DNA from: Planctomycetota bacterium | GTDB lineage: Bacteria; Planctomycetota; UBA8108; SXIK01 | Direction: 5' to 3' | DNA length: 64,000 bases | NCBI GenBank assembly: GCA_965223265.1 | Contig: OZ244999.1 | Span: 9,024,001-9,088,000, forward strand | Part shown: piece by piece, positions 20,187-28,060 of the stretch | How the letters are laid out: every line of letters starts with the position of its first letter | Numbering within the stretch: position 1 is the stretch's first letter | The notes under the pieces: generated by a model | Databases searched by the model: none | What the model saw: the letters and a program-made list of their open reading frames with translations, nothing else | What the model was told of the DNA's origin: nothing | Translations under genes and position numbers: made by a program

Positions 20187-20337
20187 GAGTTCTCGCGGCT
20201 AGCGGACTTCGTTCGAAGCGGCCAATGATAGCGGTTTACGAGGACGGCTCAAAGGCGAAGTTGGCTTCCGCATCTTCCTTGACCGCAGATACGAAACCGC
20301 GAGAATTGACGAGGGCGCCACTTAGGAGGACGCAGCG

Positions 20338-21663
20338 ATGTCAGGCATGGGAACTTCTCGTTCGAATCCGTCAACCACAGCCACGCGCCGAGCGTTTTTG
20401 CAGAAAGTGTCTCTGGCGACGGCTGGATTCCTGGTGAGCTCTCCTCTGCCCCGCCTTTGGAGCGGGTCGCCAAATGAGAAACTCAACATCGGTATCGTTG
20501 GCGTCAGCGGGCGTGGGGGCGCGAATCTCAAGGGAGTTGCGCACGAGAATATCGTCGCTCTATGCGACATCGATGACCAGAAGCTTAGTCAAGCCGCGTC
20601 GCAGTTTCCCGGCGCGAAGAAGTACAACGATTTTCGCCTTCTCCTCGACCAGAAAGACATCGACGCGGTTGTGATCAGCACGCCTGATCACATGCACGCG
20701 CCGGCCACGGTAGCCAGCCTGAAGGCTGGAAAACACGTCTACTGTGAAAAGCCGCTGACGCACTCGGTGTACGAGGCCGACGTCGTTCGTACTCTCGCCA
20801 TGGAAAGCAAGCTGGCGACGCAAATGGGAACGCAGATTCACGCGCTCGACAATTACCGTCGCGTCGTCGAACTCATTTCGACCGGAGCGATCGGGAACGT
20901 CCACGAGGCGCATGTTTGGGTCGGGAAGTCATGGTCGGGCGGAGATCTTCCGAAAGAGCGTCCTCCCGTTCCCGCGCATATCCATTGGGATCTTTGGCTC
21001 GGGCCGGCTCCAGCGCATCATCGTTACCATCCGACGTTGCTGCCGGCGAATTGGCGTCGCTGGTGGGACTTCGGCGGAGGCACTCTCGCCGACATGGGAT
21101 GCCACTACCTTGACCTGCCGTTCTGGGCTCTCAATCTTCAACACCCCACGAGAGTCAGCCCTCTTGCTGGTTCGCCCGTGCATGCTGACGGCGCTGGCGA
21201 CAAACTCGTGATTCGCTACAAGTTTCCGGCGCGCGGTACGCTGCCGCCCGTGACCCTGACGTGGTACGACGGTGGCCAGAGGCCGCCGCACTTCGCTCAA
21301 GGGCTTTTGCCCGAATGGGGCGACGGAGTTCTTTTTGTCGGTCAACGAGGAATGTTGATTGCCGGCTATTCGAAATACCAGCTCTTACCCGAGAGCGATT
21401 TCTCCGAGTTCGAGCCGCCAGCGCCATTCATCCCAACTTCGGTCGGGCACCATCAGGAGTGGATCGACGCTGCCAAGACGGGAGCGCCGACGACGTGCAA
21501 CTTCGGGTATGCGGCGACGCTGACGCAGACGGCGCTTCTCGGCAACGTCGCGCATCGTGTCGGTCGGGAATTCGCCTGGAACGGGCAAGACCAACAGGCG
21601 CCGAATTGCCCCGAGGCCGGCCGCTACTTGCGGCGTGAGTACCGTCGAGGCTGGACGCTGTAG
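20338..21663 (+). CDS. Gfo/Idh/MocA family oxidoreductase with Tat signal
   Basis: TRRAFLQ twin-arginine; IGIVGVSGRG, STPDHMH, HVYCEKP, WDLWLGPAP, DMGCH. Confidence 0.93.
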   Translation: MSGMGTSRSNPSTTATRRAFLQKVSLATAGFLVSSPLPRLWSGSPNEKLNIGIVGVSGRGGANLKGVAHENIVALCDIDDQKLSQAASQFPGAKKYNDFRLLLDQKDIDAVVISTPDHMHAPATVASLKAGKHVYCEKPLTHSVYEADVVRTLAMESKLATQMGTQIHALDNYRRVVELISTGAIGNVHEAHVWVGKSWSGGDLPKERPPVPAHIHWDLWLGPAPAHHRYHPTLLPANWRRWWDFGGGTLADMGCHYLDLPFWALNLQHPTRVSPLAGSPVHADGAGDKLVIRYKFPARGTLPPVTLTWYDGGQRPPHFAQGLLPEWGDGVLFVGQRGMLIAGYSKYQLLPESDFSEFEPPAPFIPTSVGHHQEWIDAAKTGAPTTCNFGYAATLTQTALLGNVAHRVGREFAWNGQDQQAPNCPEAGRYLRREYRRGWTL

Positions 21664-21728
21664 CTATTTGGCACTGGCCGATCGCGCTGAGACGAGAAAG
21701 GAGCGCGAAGGCGGGAGGGCGACCGCGG

Positions 21729-21812
21729 CGATTGCGTGGGAGTGGGAGTGCGGCCCGTCTCCGTGTCTGGATCCGTATCTGTTTCTGATGCTGCCTCCGC
21801 CTCTGAATCTGT
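21729..21812 (-). repeat. Bipartite hexamer-periodic repeat, copy D (left flank of four-helix-bundle gene)
   Basis: CGATTGCGTGGGAGTGGGAGTG followed by GCCCGTCTCCGTGTCTGGATCCGTATCTGTTTCTGATGCTG (21753-21793), 40/41 identical to 22441-22481. Confidence 0.85.
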
Positions 21813-21851
21813 AGCAGGGGTCACTGTACGGCGGCGGTCATTGTCGAGTGT

Positions 21852-21929
21852 ACGCGGTGCTCGGGGCAGTCAAGGGTGCCCTCGCTGCGCTCGGCGCTTC
21901 GCGCCCTTGACTGCCCCTCCGCTCCGCGT
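21852..21929. promoter_or_regulatory. Long inverted repeat / stem-loop upstream of four-helix-bundle gene
   Basis: GGGGCAGTCAAGGG (21863-21876) and CCCTTGACTGCCCC (21904-21917) form a perfect 14-bp IR, extended by ACGCGG/CCGCGT. The loop holds CTCGCTGCGCTCG; TTGAC lies in the stem. Confidence 0.65.
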
Positions 21930-21995
21930 TGGGGGTGGAGTACCGCCGCCCGGACGTGGCGGGCTTTCGACTCACCTTTTCTGCGGAGGCTTCAC

Positions 21996-22319
21996 ATGCG
22001 TTTCATCGCTCTCGATGTTAGTCTCGCTTTGATTGGCGATTTGCGAATTCCTTTGGCGCGGCTTCGGCGGCTCGATCCCGATCTGCATCGGCAGCTTCGG
22101 CGCGCTGCTTCTTCGGTGGCGCTCAACCTCTCGGAAGGCGCCGAGCGCGCTGGGAAAGATCGCCAGCACCTCTTTCGCGTCGCGCGCGGCAGTGCGCGCG
22201 AGGTCGAGACCGCGCTACGACTGGCTCTGGCTTGGGGCGATCTGAGAAGCGACGACGTCACGACGCCTCTCGAGACGCTTGATCGCCTGCTCGCGCTTCT
22301 TCGCGGGCTGACTCGCTGA
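21996..22319 (+). CDS. Four helix bundle protein (23S rRNA intervening-sequence protein / Avd-like family)
   Basis: GGAGG RBS at 21985; 107 aa with QLRRAASSVALNLSEG and FRVARGSAREV, matching the family motifs QxxRAaxSixxNiaEG and iArGSxxE. Confidence 0.92.
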   Translation: MRFIALDVSLALIGDLRIPLARLRRLDPDLHRQLRRAASSVALNLSEGAERAGKDRQHLFRVARGSAREVETALRLALAWGDLRSDDVTTPLETLDRLLALLRGLTR

Positions 22320-22332
22320 GCGTGCGAGCCCA

Positions 22333-22360
22333 TGCGCCCGCCACGTTCGCGGCGGGCGCA
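22333..22360. terminator. GC-rich hairpin downstream of four-helix-bundle gene
   Basis: TGCGCCCGCC / GGCGGGCGCA perfect 10-bp stem with 8-nt loop ACGTTCGC; no strong U-tract. Confidence 0.45.
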
Positions 22361-22387
22361 CTCCCTTACGTTTTCGATGAGGCGGCG

Positions 22388-22530
22388 CCCGTGGGCGTGA
22401 ACGATTGCGTGTGCGTGTGCGTGTGCGTGGGCGTGGGCGTGCCCGTCTCCGTCTCTGGATCCGTATCTGTTTCTGATGCTGTCTCTGCCTTTGCCTCTGA
22501 ATACTGCCTCTATCTCTGTCTCCGCCTCTT
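22388..22530 (-). repeat. Bipartite hexamer-periodic repeat, copy E (right flank of four-helix-bundle gene)
   Basis: (GCGTGT/GCGTGG)n then a TCTGTC/TCTGCC-type run ending a few bases from the stop of the 22534-23763 gene; shares the 41-bp core with copy D. Confidence 0.9.
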
Positions 22531-22533
22531 GAC

Positions 22534-23763
22534 TCAGCTACCACGCGTCCAGCGGACCAGCGCGTCGCTGAGACCCGGCCAGCCCGCGGCCGTAGCGACC
22601 ACCAGCTCTGCCATTCTTGGCCGCAAAAGCGCCGCCTGAAGCAGCCCACCGACGCGAAGTCGCGTTCCGTATTCCTTCTCCCATTGGCGATGCCACGCCG
22701 CGCCGCGCCAAGGCTTGTCCATCACGTCGGTGCCTGGCTGCGGCGTGAGCCGCCGCGCGAGCGCGCGAGCGCTGTCGAGCGCCATGGCCTGTCCATCGCC
22801 GCAGAGCGGCGAAATCATGCCGGCGGCGTCGCCGACGCGCGGGAAGTCGCTGTCGATTGAACGCGTTCTCTCCATGGCGCCGGCGGCAATGGTGAGAGTC
22901 GGTGTCGCCTCCGGAATGAGGGTCGCGAGGCGCTCGGCAAGAAGCGGGTTCTGACGACCGAGGGCAAGCGCGAGCGTCTCCCAGCGCGAGCTTTCCAGGC
23001 GTTTGATGAACGACGCTCTCAGGAAGGCACAGACATTGACCAGCTGATCTTGGATCGCGACGATTCCACAGTACCCGCCTCGGACGAGGTGGACCTCGAC
23101 CGTGCGTTCGAGAGCGCGACGTCCTTCCAGAGCCGTGGGTGCGAAACGATGGTGGCGTTTGACGCCAACGAAGAGAGGTCGTCGCCTCACTCTCAGCGGT
23201 TTCCGGTGGCGTCTGGGAGCACCGGCGACCGGTTGCACGGTTTGTTCCAAACGCCCTTCGCGACCATACGCTCCGATGACAAGCGCCGCCACGACGGACT
23301 CTTCGCGTCGGCGGTTTTCCATGCAGCGATAGGTGACTCGGCGAACCTGGTTTGAGCTTGTCGCTCCCTCGACGCGGATAACCTCCGTGCCTTCGCGCAC
23401 CGAGACTCCCGACGTCACTGCATTCTTGAGCAGAATCGAGTCGAACACACGGCGGCTGATCCCAAAGCCGTCGCCGGGCAGGCTCGTCTCGACCACGCGT
23501 CCTGCCGGTGTGGAGAATCGTGCCTGGGAAACGCGGGAAGCACCGGCTGCGACGACGGCATCCAGACAGCCCAGCTCTTGAAGGACGGGTAATGATTCGG
23601 GCGAGAGGAACTCACCGCAGAGCTTGTCACGTGGAAAGTGCTCGCGCTCGAGAAGAACCACTCGCTGTCCTGTCCGCGCCAGAAGCGTCGCCACGGTACT
23701 GCCGGCGGGACCACCACCAACGACGGCGACATCGAACGGCTCTGGTTCCAAGCGCTGAATCAC
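22534..23763 (-). CDS. NAD(P)/FAD-dependent oxidoreductase (geranylgeranyl reductase/FixC-like)
   Basis: DVAVVGGGPAGS, FPRDKLCGEFLSPE, GDAAGMISPLCGDGQAMA. Confidence 0.9.
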   Translation of the reverse strand: MIQRLEPEPFDVAVVGGGPAGSTVATLLARTGQRVVLLEREHFPRDKLCGEFLSPESLPVLQELGCLDAVVAAGASRVSQARFSTPAGRVVETSLPGDGFGISRRVFDSILLKNAVTSGVSVREGTEVIRVEGATSSNQVRRVTYRCMENRRREESVVAALVIGAYGREGRLEQTVQPVAGAPRRHRKPLRVRRRPLFVGVKRHHRFAPTALEGRRALERTVEVHLVRGGYCGIVAIQDQLVNVCAFLRASFIKRLESSRWETLALALGRQNPLLAERLATLIPEATPTLTIAAGAMERTRSIDSDFPRVGDAAGMISPLCGDGQAMALDSARALARRLTPQPGTDVMDKPWRGAAWHRQWEKEYGTRLRVGGLLQAALLRPRMAELVVATAAGWPGLSDALVRWTRGS

Positions 23764-24500
23764 AATCGATCGCGCGCCTCGGCTGGCGTTGTCAGAGTGG
23801 GCTCTTTAGAGAGTACCGCGAGCCATCGAAACGCCCAATGCCAACTGATGTGCGGCGCTGGTAGACCGGCCGCCTCGAACGCCTCAACGAGATCGGCCTT
23901 GTGAAAAGCGCGCAGTACCGACAGCGGCGCGTCGTGGCGGATCAGACGACTACGCGAAAAACAGCGCGTTAGCGCACGAATGGAATGATAGGCAAGCGGA
24001 TGCCTCTGGAGGTCGTTAACGATCATGCCAAGGCGCGAAAGATTGTACATCTTCTTAAGTAGCGGCGTGAGGCGCTCGGCTTCGAAGTGATGAAGCGTCA
24101 GCGCGGAGTGCACGACATCGAATGGCTGCTGCGACTCCAAATCGAAGACGTCGATCTGTTCAAACGATACGCCCTCGAGTCTATCCCACTTAGCGCGTGC
24201 GTATCCGACCGCCGTTGCCGAGAGATCGATTCCGACGATCACCGTGTCGATGCCGCGACGTTTAGCCCACCGCTGTATGACGTGCGGTGTGTCTCCGCCA
24301 CCAGTGCCAACATCAAGGATTCGCAGCTGCGAACAATCCTTCGGCAACAGACGCTTGAGTCCGATCAACGACGGTCGATAGCCGCCCAGTGTGCGATTGA
24401 TGAACGCGAGCTCGTCCAGGGTCGCGTGCATCTCGTCGGCTGAAATGCTCGGGTCGTCCATGAGCTCTAGCTCTCGGGTACGGCAGGAAAAGTCCGGCAT
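23760..24500 (-). CDS. SAM-dependent methyltransferase (type III PKS-associated family)
   Basis: ELMDDP, INRTLGG, ILDVGTGGGD, LHHF, VNDLQR, HDAPLSVLRAF; overlaps the downstream gene by 4 bp. Confidence 0.9.
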   Translation of the reverse strand: MPDFSCRTRELELMDDPSISADEMHATLDELAFINRTLGGYRPSLIGLKRLLPKDCSQLRILDVGTGGGDTPHVIQRWAKRRGIDTVIVGIDLSATAVGYARAKWDRLEGVSFEQIDVFDLESQQPFDVVHSALTLHHFEAERLTPLLKKMYNLSRLGMIVNDLQRHPLAYHSIRALTRCFSRSRLIRHDAPLSVLRAFHKADLVEAFEAAGLPAPHISWHWAFRWLAVLSKEPTLTTPAEARDRL

Positions 24501-24680
24501 TCACTCCTCCCGATGACGGCCGTCCCATGGACGTTTCTGGCGGTTCTGCCGTCCGCATGCTAATGAATGGTTGACGGGTCGCCGTCGCGATCCTGTCGCC
24601 ACGTAGCGAGTTGCGCACGAGACTCTCTGGATTCCGTGTTCCCGATACCACATAGCTGGATCTTACATGACGGTGCACCT

Positions 24681-25109
24681 ATGGCCATGTCGATAAGCGA
24701 GAACCTGCATGTTCAGGGGATCGACCATGTGACGATCGTCGTCGACGATCTTGAACGCAGCCGCGCGTTTTACGGCGACCTGCTCGGAATGGAGCTGATC
24801 TCGCGACCGAAATTCCCCTTCGGCGGGCTCTGGTTTCGCGCTGGAAACACCCAGCTGCACCTCATCGAGAGACACTCCACGTCGGCGACGAGCGGCTATC
24901 CGAATCTAACGCGCGAGACGATGCAGGGAGTCGCTCATCACTTCGCTTTCCGGGTCGACGACGCGAATCGCGCTAGTGAGGTCTTGCGTCAACATGGAGT
25001 GATGATCATGGGAGGTCCTGTCTCGCGCCCGGACGGCGCGATCCAAGTGTGGTTCTATGATCCCGACGGCCATGTTGTCGAGGTCTTCCATGGTGGTCCG
25101 GCAGGTTGA
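24681..25109 (+). CDS. VOC / glyoxalase family protein
   Basis: IDHVTIVVDDLERSRAFYGDLLG, HHFAFRVDD, FYDPDGHVVE. Confidence 0.9.
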   Translation: MAMSISENLHVQGIDHVTIVVDDLERSRAFYGDLLGMELISRPKFPFGGLWFRAGNTQLHLIERHSTSATSGYPNLTRETMQGVAHHFAFRVDDANRASEVLRQHGVMIMGGPVSRPDGAIQVWFYDPDGHVVEVFHGGPAG

Positions 25110-25202
25110 CCTCAACGCCTGCAAAGAACGGCGAGCAAAAATGGCGAAGAGTGCTTCAGTGGCAGAATTTCGAGACGCGCCGTATCTATGGAGTGACTGG
25201 GC

Positions 25203-26336
25203 GTGATCGGTCCGCCCCGCGGAGGCATCCTTTCGCTTGCTACTGGCGTCCCGCCTCACGCCGCGACGCAGGAAGAGATGCTGCGCTTTATGCAGCGGCT
25301 CTTTGCGCACAACCTATCAGCCACCGAGTCGCGGCGGTGGCAGCCACGGCTTAGGGCGCTCTACGGCCGAAGTGGCATCCAAAAGCGTCACAGCGTCCTG
25401 GCCGATTTTACTGCGGATGACCTAGCGGCGTGCGAATTGCAGCCGCACTTACTCCGCGGGTCCGGGAGTGCATCGACCGCAAAACGCATGGAGATTTACG
25501 AGCGCGAATGTGTCGGAATGGCTGCGCCTATCGCACGCAGGGCGATCGACAAGGCTTCGATTGATGCGGCTCAAATCACGCATCTCGTTTTTTGCAGTTG
25601 CACTGGATTCTATTCTCCCGGGCCTGATCTCGACCTGATCGAAGCGTTGGATCTGCGCCCGAGCGTCCAGCGGACAGTGGTTGGATTCATGGGGTGCCAT
25701 GGTGGCTTCAACTCGCTCCGCCTCTGCGATCAAGTGGTCGCGGCGCATCCCGACGCGAAAATCCTGCTGATCTGCGTTGAGCTGTGCACCCTTCACATGC
25801 AGCCCGAGCCGACGAAGTCGTCTGTGTTATCCAATTGTCTCTTTGCGGACGGGTGCGCCGCTCTCATCTACGGTAGACCGGCGGACCGCGATGCCCGAGC
25901 TGTGCTGGTGGCGAGCGCGTCTGCGGTGGCGCCCACTTCGAGGCAAGCCATGGCGTGGCACATTGGCGACGCCGGATTTCGGATGACGCTGAGCGCAGAG
26001 GTTCCAGAGCGTCTCATGGGGGAGTTAGCCGGGTTCAGCCACCATCTTCTCGACCTCGCGGCAGTGAACCGTGGGCAGCGTTGTCGGTGGGCGATTCATC
26101 CTGGCGGACCACGCATCCTGAAGGCTGCACGTCATGCTCTCGCTCTCGAGGCAGACGACATCGCAGCCTCCACAGGGGTGCTGCGCGATTACGGGAACAT
26201 GTCGAGCCCGACGATCTTTTTCGTCCTCGAGCGGCTGCTCGCAGAGGAGCGAGAGAATCGCACCACGAGTCCCGTGGTCATGCTGGGGTTTGGTCCCGGA
26301 CTGACGATCGAGGGCGTCGTTCTTAGCAGCCCTTGA
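25203..26336 (+). CDS. Type III polyketide synthase (chalcone synthase-like)
   Basis: Catalytic triad motifs GFMGC, WAIHPGG, YGNMSS; also CVELCTLH, LFADG, GFGPGLT. Confidence 0.95.
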   Translation: MIGPPRGGILSLATGVPPHAATQEEMLRFMQRLFAHNLSATESRRWQPRLRALYGRSGIQKRHSVLADFTADDLAACELQPHLLRGSGSASTAKRMEIYERECVGMAAPIARRAIDKASIDAAQITHLVFCSCTGFYSPGPDLDLIEALDLRPSVQRTVVGFMGCHGGFNSLRLCDQVVAAHPDAKILLICVELCTLHMQPEPTKSSVLSNCLFADGCAALIYGRPADRDARAVLVASASAVAPTSRQAMAWHIGDAGFRMTLSAEVPERLMGELAGFSHHLLDLAAVNRGQRCRWAIHPGGPRILKAARHALALEADDIAASTGVLRDYGNMSSPTIFFVLERLLAEERENRTTSPVVMLGFGPGLTIEGVVLSSP

Positions 26337-26401
26337 ACAAGTCACTCCGCCGAGAAACCGGCCTCTTCACGCCCGGCTGGACTGAGACTGCTGGGTGAAC
26401 G

Positions 26402-28060
26402 TTATAGCAGCGCGCCGATCGCCTTTGCGAGCAGCATCCCGATCGGTACGCCGGCGAGGAGAAGTCCGGCAACCCAAAGGCTCGCGAGCGTTGACCAGCG
26501 GTGTGGCAGCCCCTGCACGTGAATGCGCCGTTCCGTGCCGTAGAGCCAAGCCTTGAACCTCGGTGTGCGGCCACGCGGCCCCTTGATCTGGACGTCAACC
26601 GACACGACCGGCACCGATTCAATCTCGACGCTGGAGCGGAGTACCTTCACCTGGTCGCGGTCCGCCTCGAAAGGCGACGAATCGAAGTGAGCGCGTATCT
26701 TCTTTTCGAGGATCCCGGACGACACCTCTTGCGAGAATTCAGCTGCGCACTTCGCGCCGAGGCCAGGGTCGAACGCGTCTGTGTCGACGGCGGAACGAGT
26801 AACACTTTGCTTCTGCGTGCCGCCCGCAGCGTCAACGATTTCACGGAGAATCGTCGCTGCTGCGTCGGTGGCTCGCAGAGACGTCGGCGCATACGTCGTT
26901 GTGACGTTGTCGTCCGTCGTGCGCCCCGCTCGATTGGCACGGGGTACCGATACGGGTCGTTTCCAGAGGGCGGAGGCTGCTGCGGAGTCACCATCGACTT
27001 CCTCACGCTTCGCCCACAAAGACCGAATCGATATGCGAGTGAATGAATCATCGGAGATGCTGGTGAAGTGGATCGATTCGTCGTGGTGAATGGGAAAGAA
27101 AGGCATCCTTTTCGACAACTTTTGCAGGTGGCTGCGCAGCGCGAGTTCGTCTTTCTCGTCGAGGCGAGGTTTGCGGGCCTTGGCGGGAGACTTGGGCTGT
27201 TTGCGCTCAGGTGTCAATTTTTCGGTTCGGCTGCCCGGTCTTTTCGCCGCTTTCGACTCCTCTTCTGCGTCTTGCTGGCGTCGAGGACGGGCAAGCGGAG
27301 CATTGATCGTCAGGGACAGCTTTTTCGGCTGCGCGAGAGCCTCCAGCGGTAGGTCAGATTTTTTGATCCGGATGCTCCCAAGCATCATCTTGAGACCGAT
27401 TCCGCGCAGGGTCTCAGACTCGTCTTGCGACGACTCGGAAGAATCGTCATCGTCGTCTTCGCTTGCGTTCGGCTGAGGTGCCGTCGCGGGTTTGTCTTCA
27501 GACTTGCTCTCGGGGCGCGGCGAAGTCTGCAGTCCGCGACGTTCGATTTCGCCGAAGCTCTCTTTCATCATGCGTCGCGCTTGCGACACTTTTTCCTGTA
27601 GAACGGAGATGCGTGTTACCGATTGTCCCATCGATTTACGACATTCGCCGTTCTTCACCTTGCCGAGGAAGACTCGAGCTGCGGTCACCTTGTACAACGG
27701 CTCGAGGACCTCGCCAGTGTCGTTAAGCAGGGCTTGAGCACCTGTGAGCTCGGCAAGCGTGGCGCATCCGATGTCGGACTGTTGCGCAACTTCTTCGAGA
27801 AGCGCATTTCGCTTCGCAGGATCGCCTAGGTCCTGTCGTAGTTGGCGAACGGATTTGAGGCTGGCACTCATCCGTTCTGAGAGCTCTTGAAGAAGTGTCA
27901 CAAGTTCTTCGAGCGCATCGCGCAATTCGCCTTCGTCGACAGGCGAATCTTTCAGCGCTCTCATTTGCCCGAGAACCCACGCGACCAGCTCCGCGATGTA
28001 CTGGTCGTTACGCTCGGAAGTTTCTACTGGGGGCGATTCAGCGATCGTTTCCGTCGTCAT
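26402..28060 (-). CDS. Hypothetical protein (helical N-terminus, acidic linker, C-terminal TM)
   Basis: 552-aa ORF with ATGA overlap to the upstream gene; C-terminal hydrophobic helix. Confidence 0.65.
   Translation of the reverse strand: MTTETIAESPPVETSERNDQYIAELVAWVLGQMRALKDSPVDEGELRDALEELVTLLQELSERMSASLKSVRQLRQDLGDPAKRNALLEEVAQQSDIGCATLAELTGAQALLNDTGEVLEPLYKVTAARVFLGKVKNGECRKSMGQSVTRISVLQEKVSQARRMMKESFGEIERRGLQTSPRPESKSEDKPATAPQPNASEDDDDDSSESSQDESETLRGIGLKMMLGSIRIKKSDLPLEALAQPKKLSLTINAPLARPRRQQDAEEESKAAKRPGSRTEKLTPERKQPKSPAKARKPRLDEKDELALRSHLQKLSKRMPFFPIHHDESIHFTSISDDSFTRISIRSLWAKREEVDGDSAAASALWKRPVSVPRANRAGRTTDDNVTTTYAPTSLRATDAAATILREIVDAAGGTQKQSVTRSAVDTDAFDPGLGAKCAAEFSQEVSSGILEKKIRAHFDSSPFEADRDQVKVLRSSVEIESVPVVSVDVQIKGPRGRTPRFKAWLYGTERRIHVQGLPHRWSTLASLWVAGLLLAGVPIGMLLAKAIGALL

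Noticed and set aside
20358-20370. GTTCGAATCC, a tRNA T-loop-like motif
   Set aside because: Lies in the coding start of the Gfo/Idh/MocA gene; no cloverleaf stems around it.
21996-22319. Diversity-generating retroelement or 23S rRNA intervening sequence
   Set aside because: No reverse transcriptase, no TR/VR pair with adenine-specific differences and no rRNA sequence in the window.
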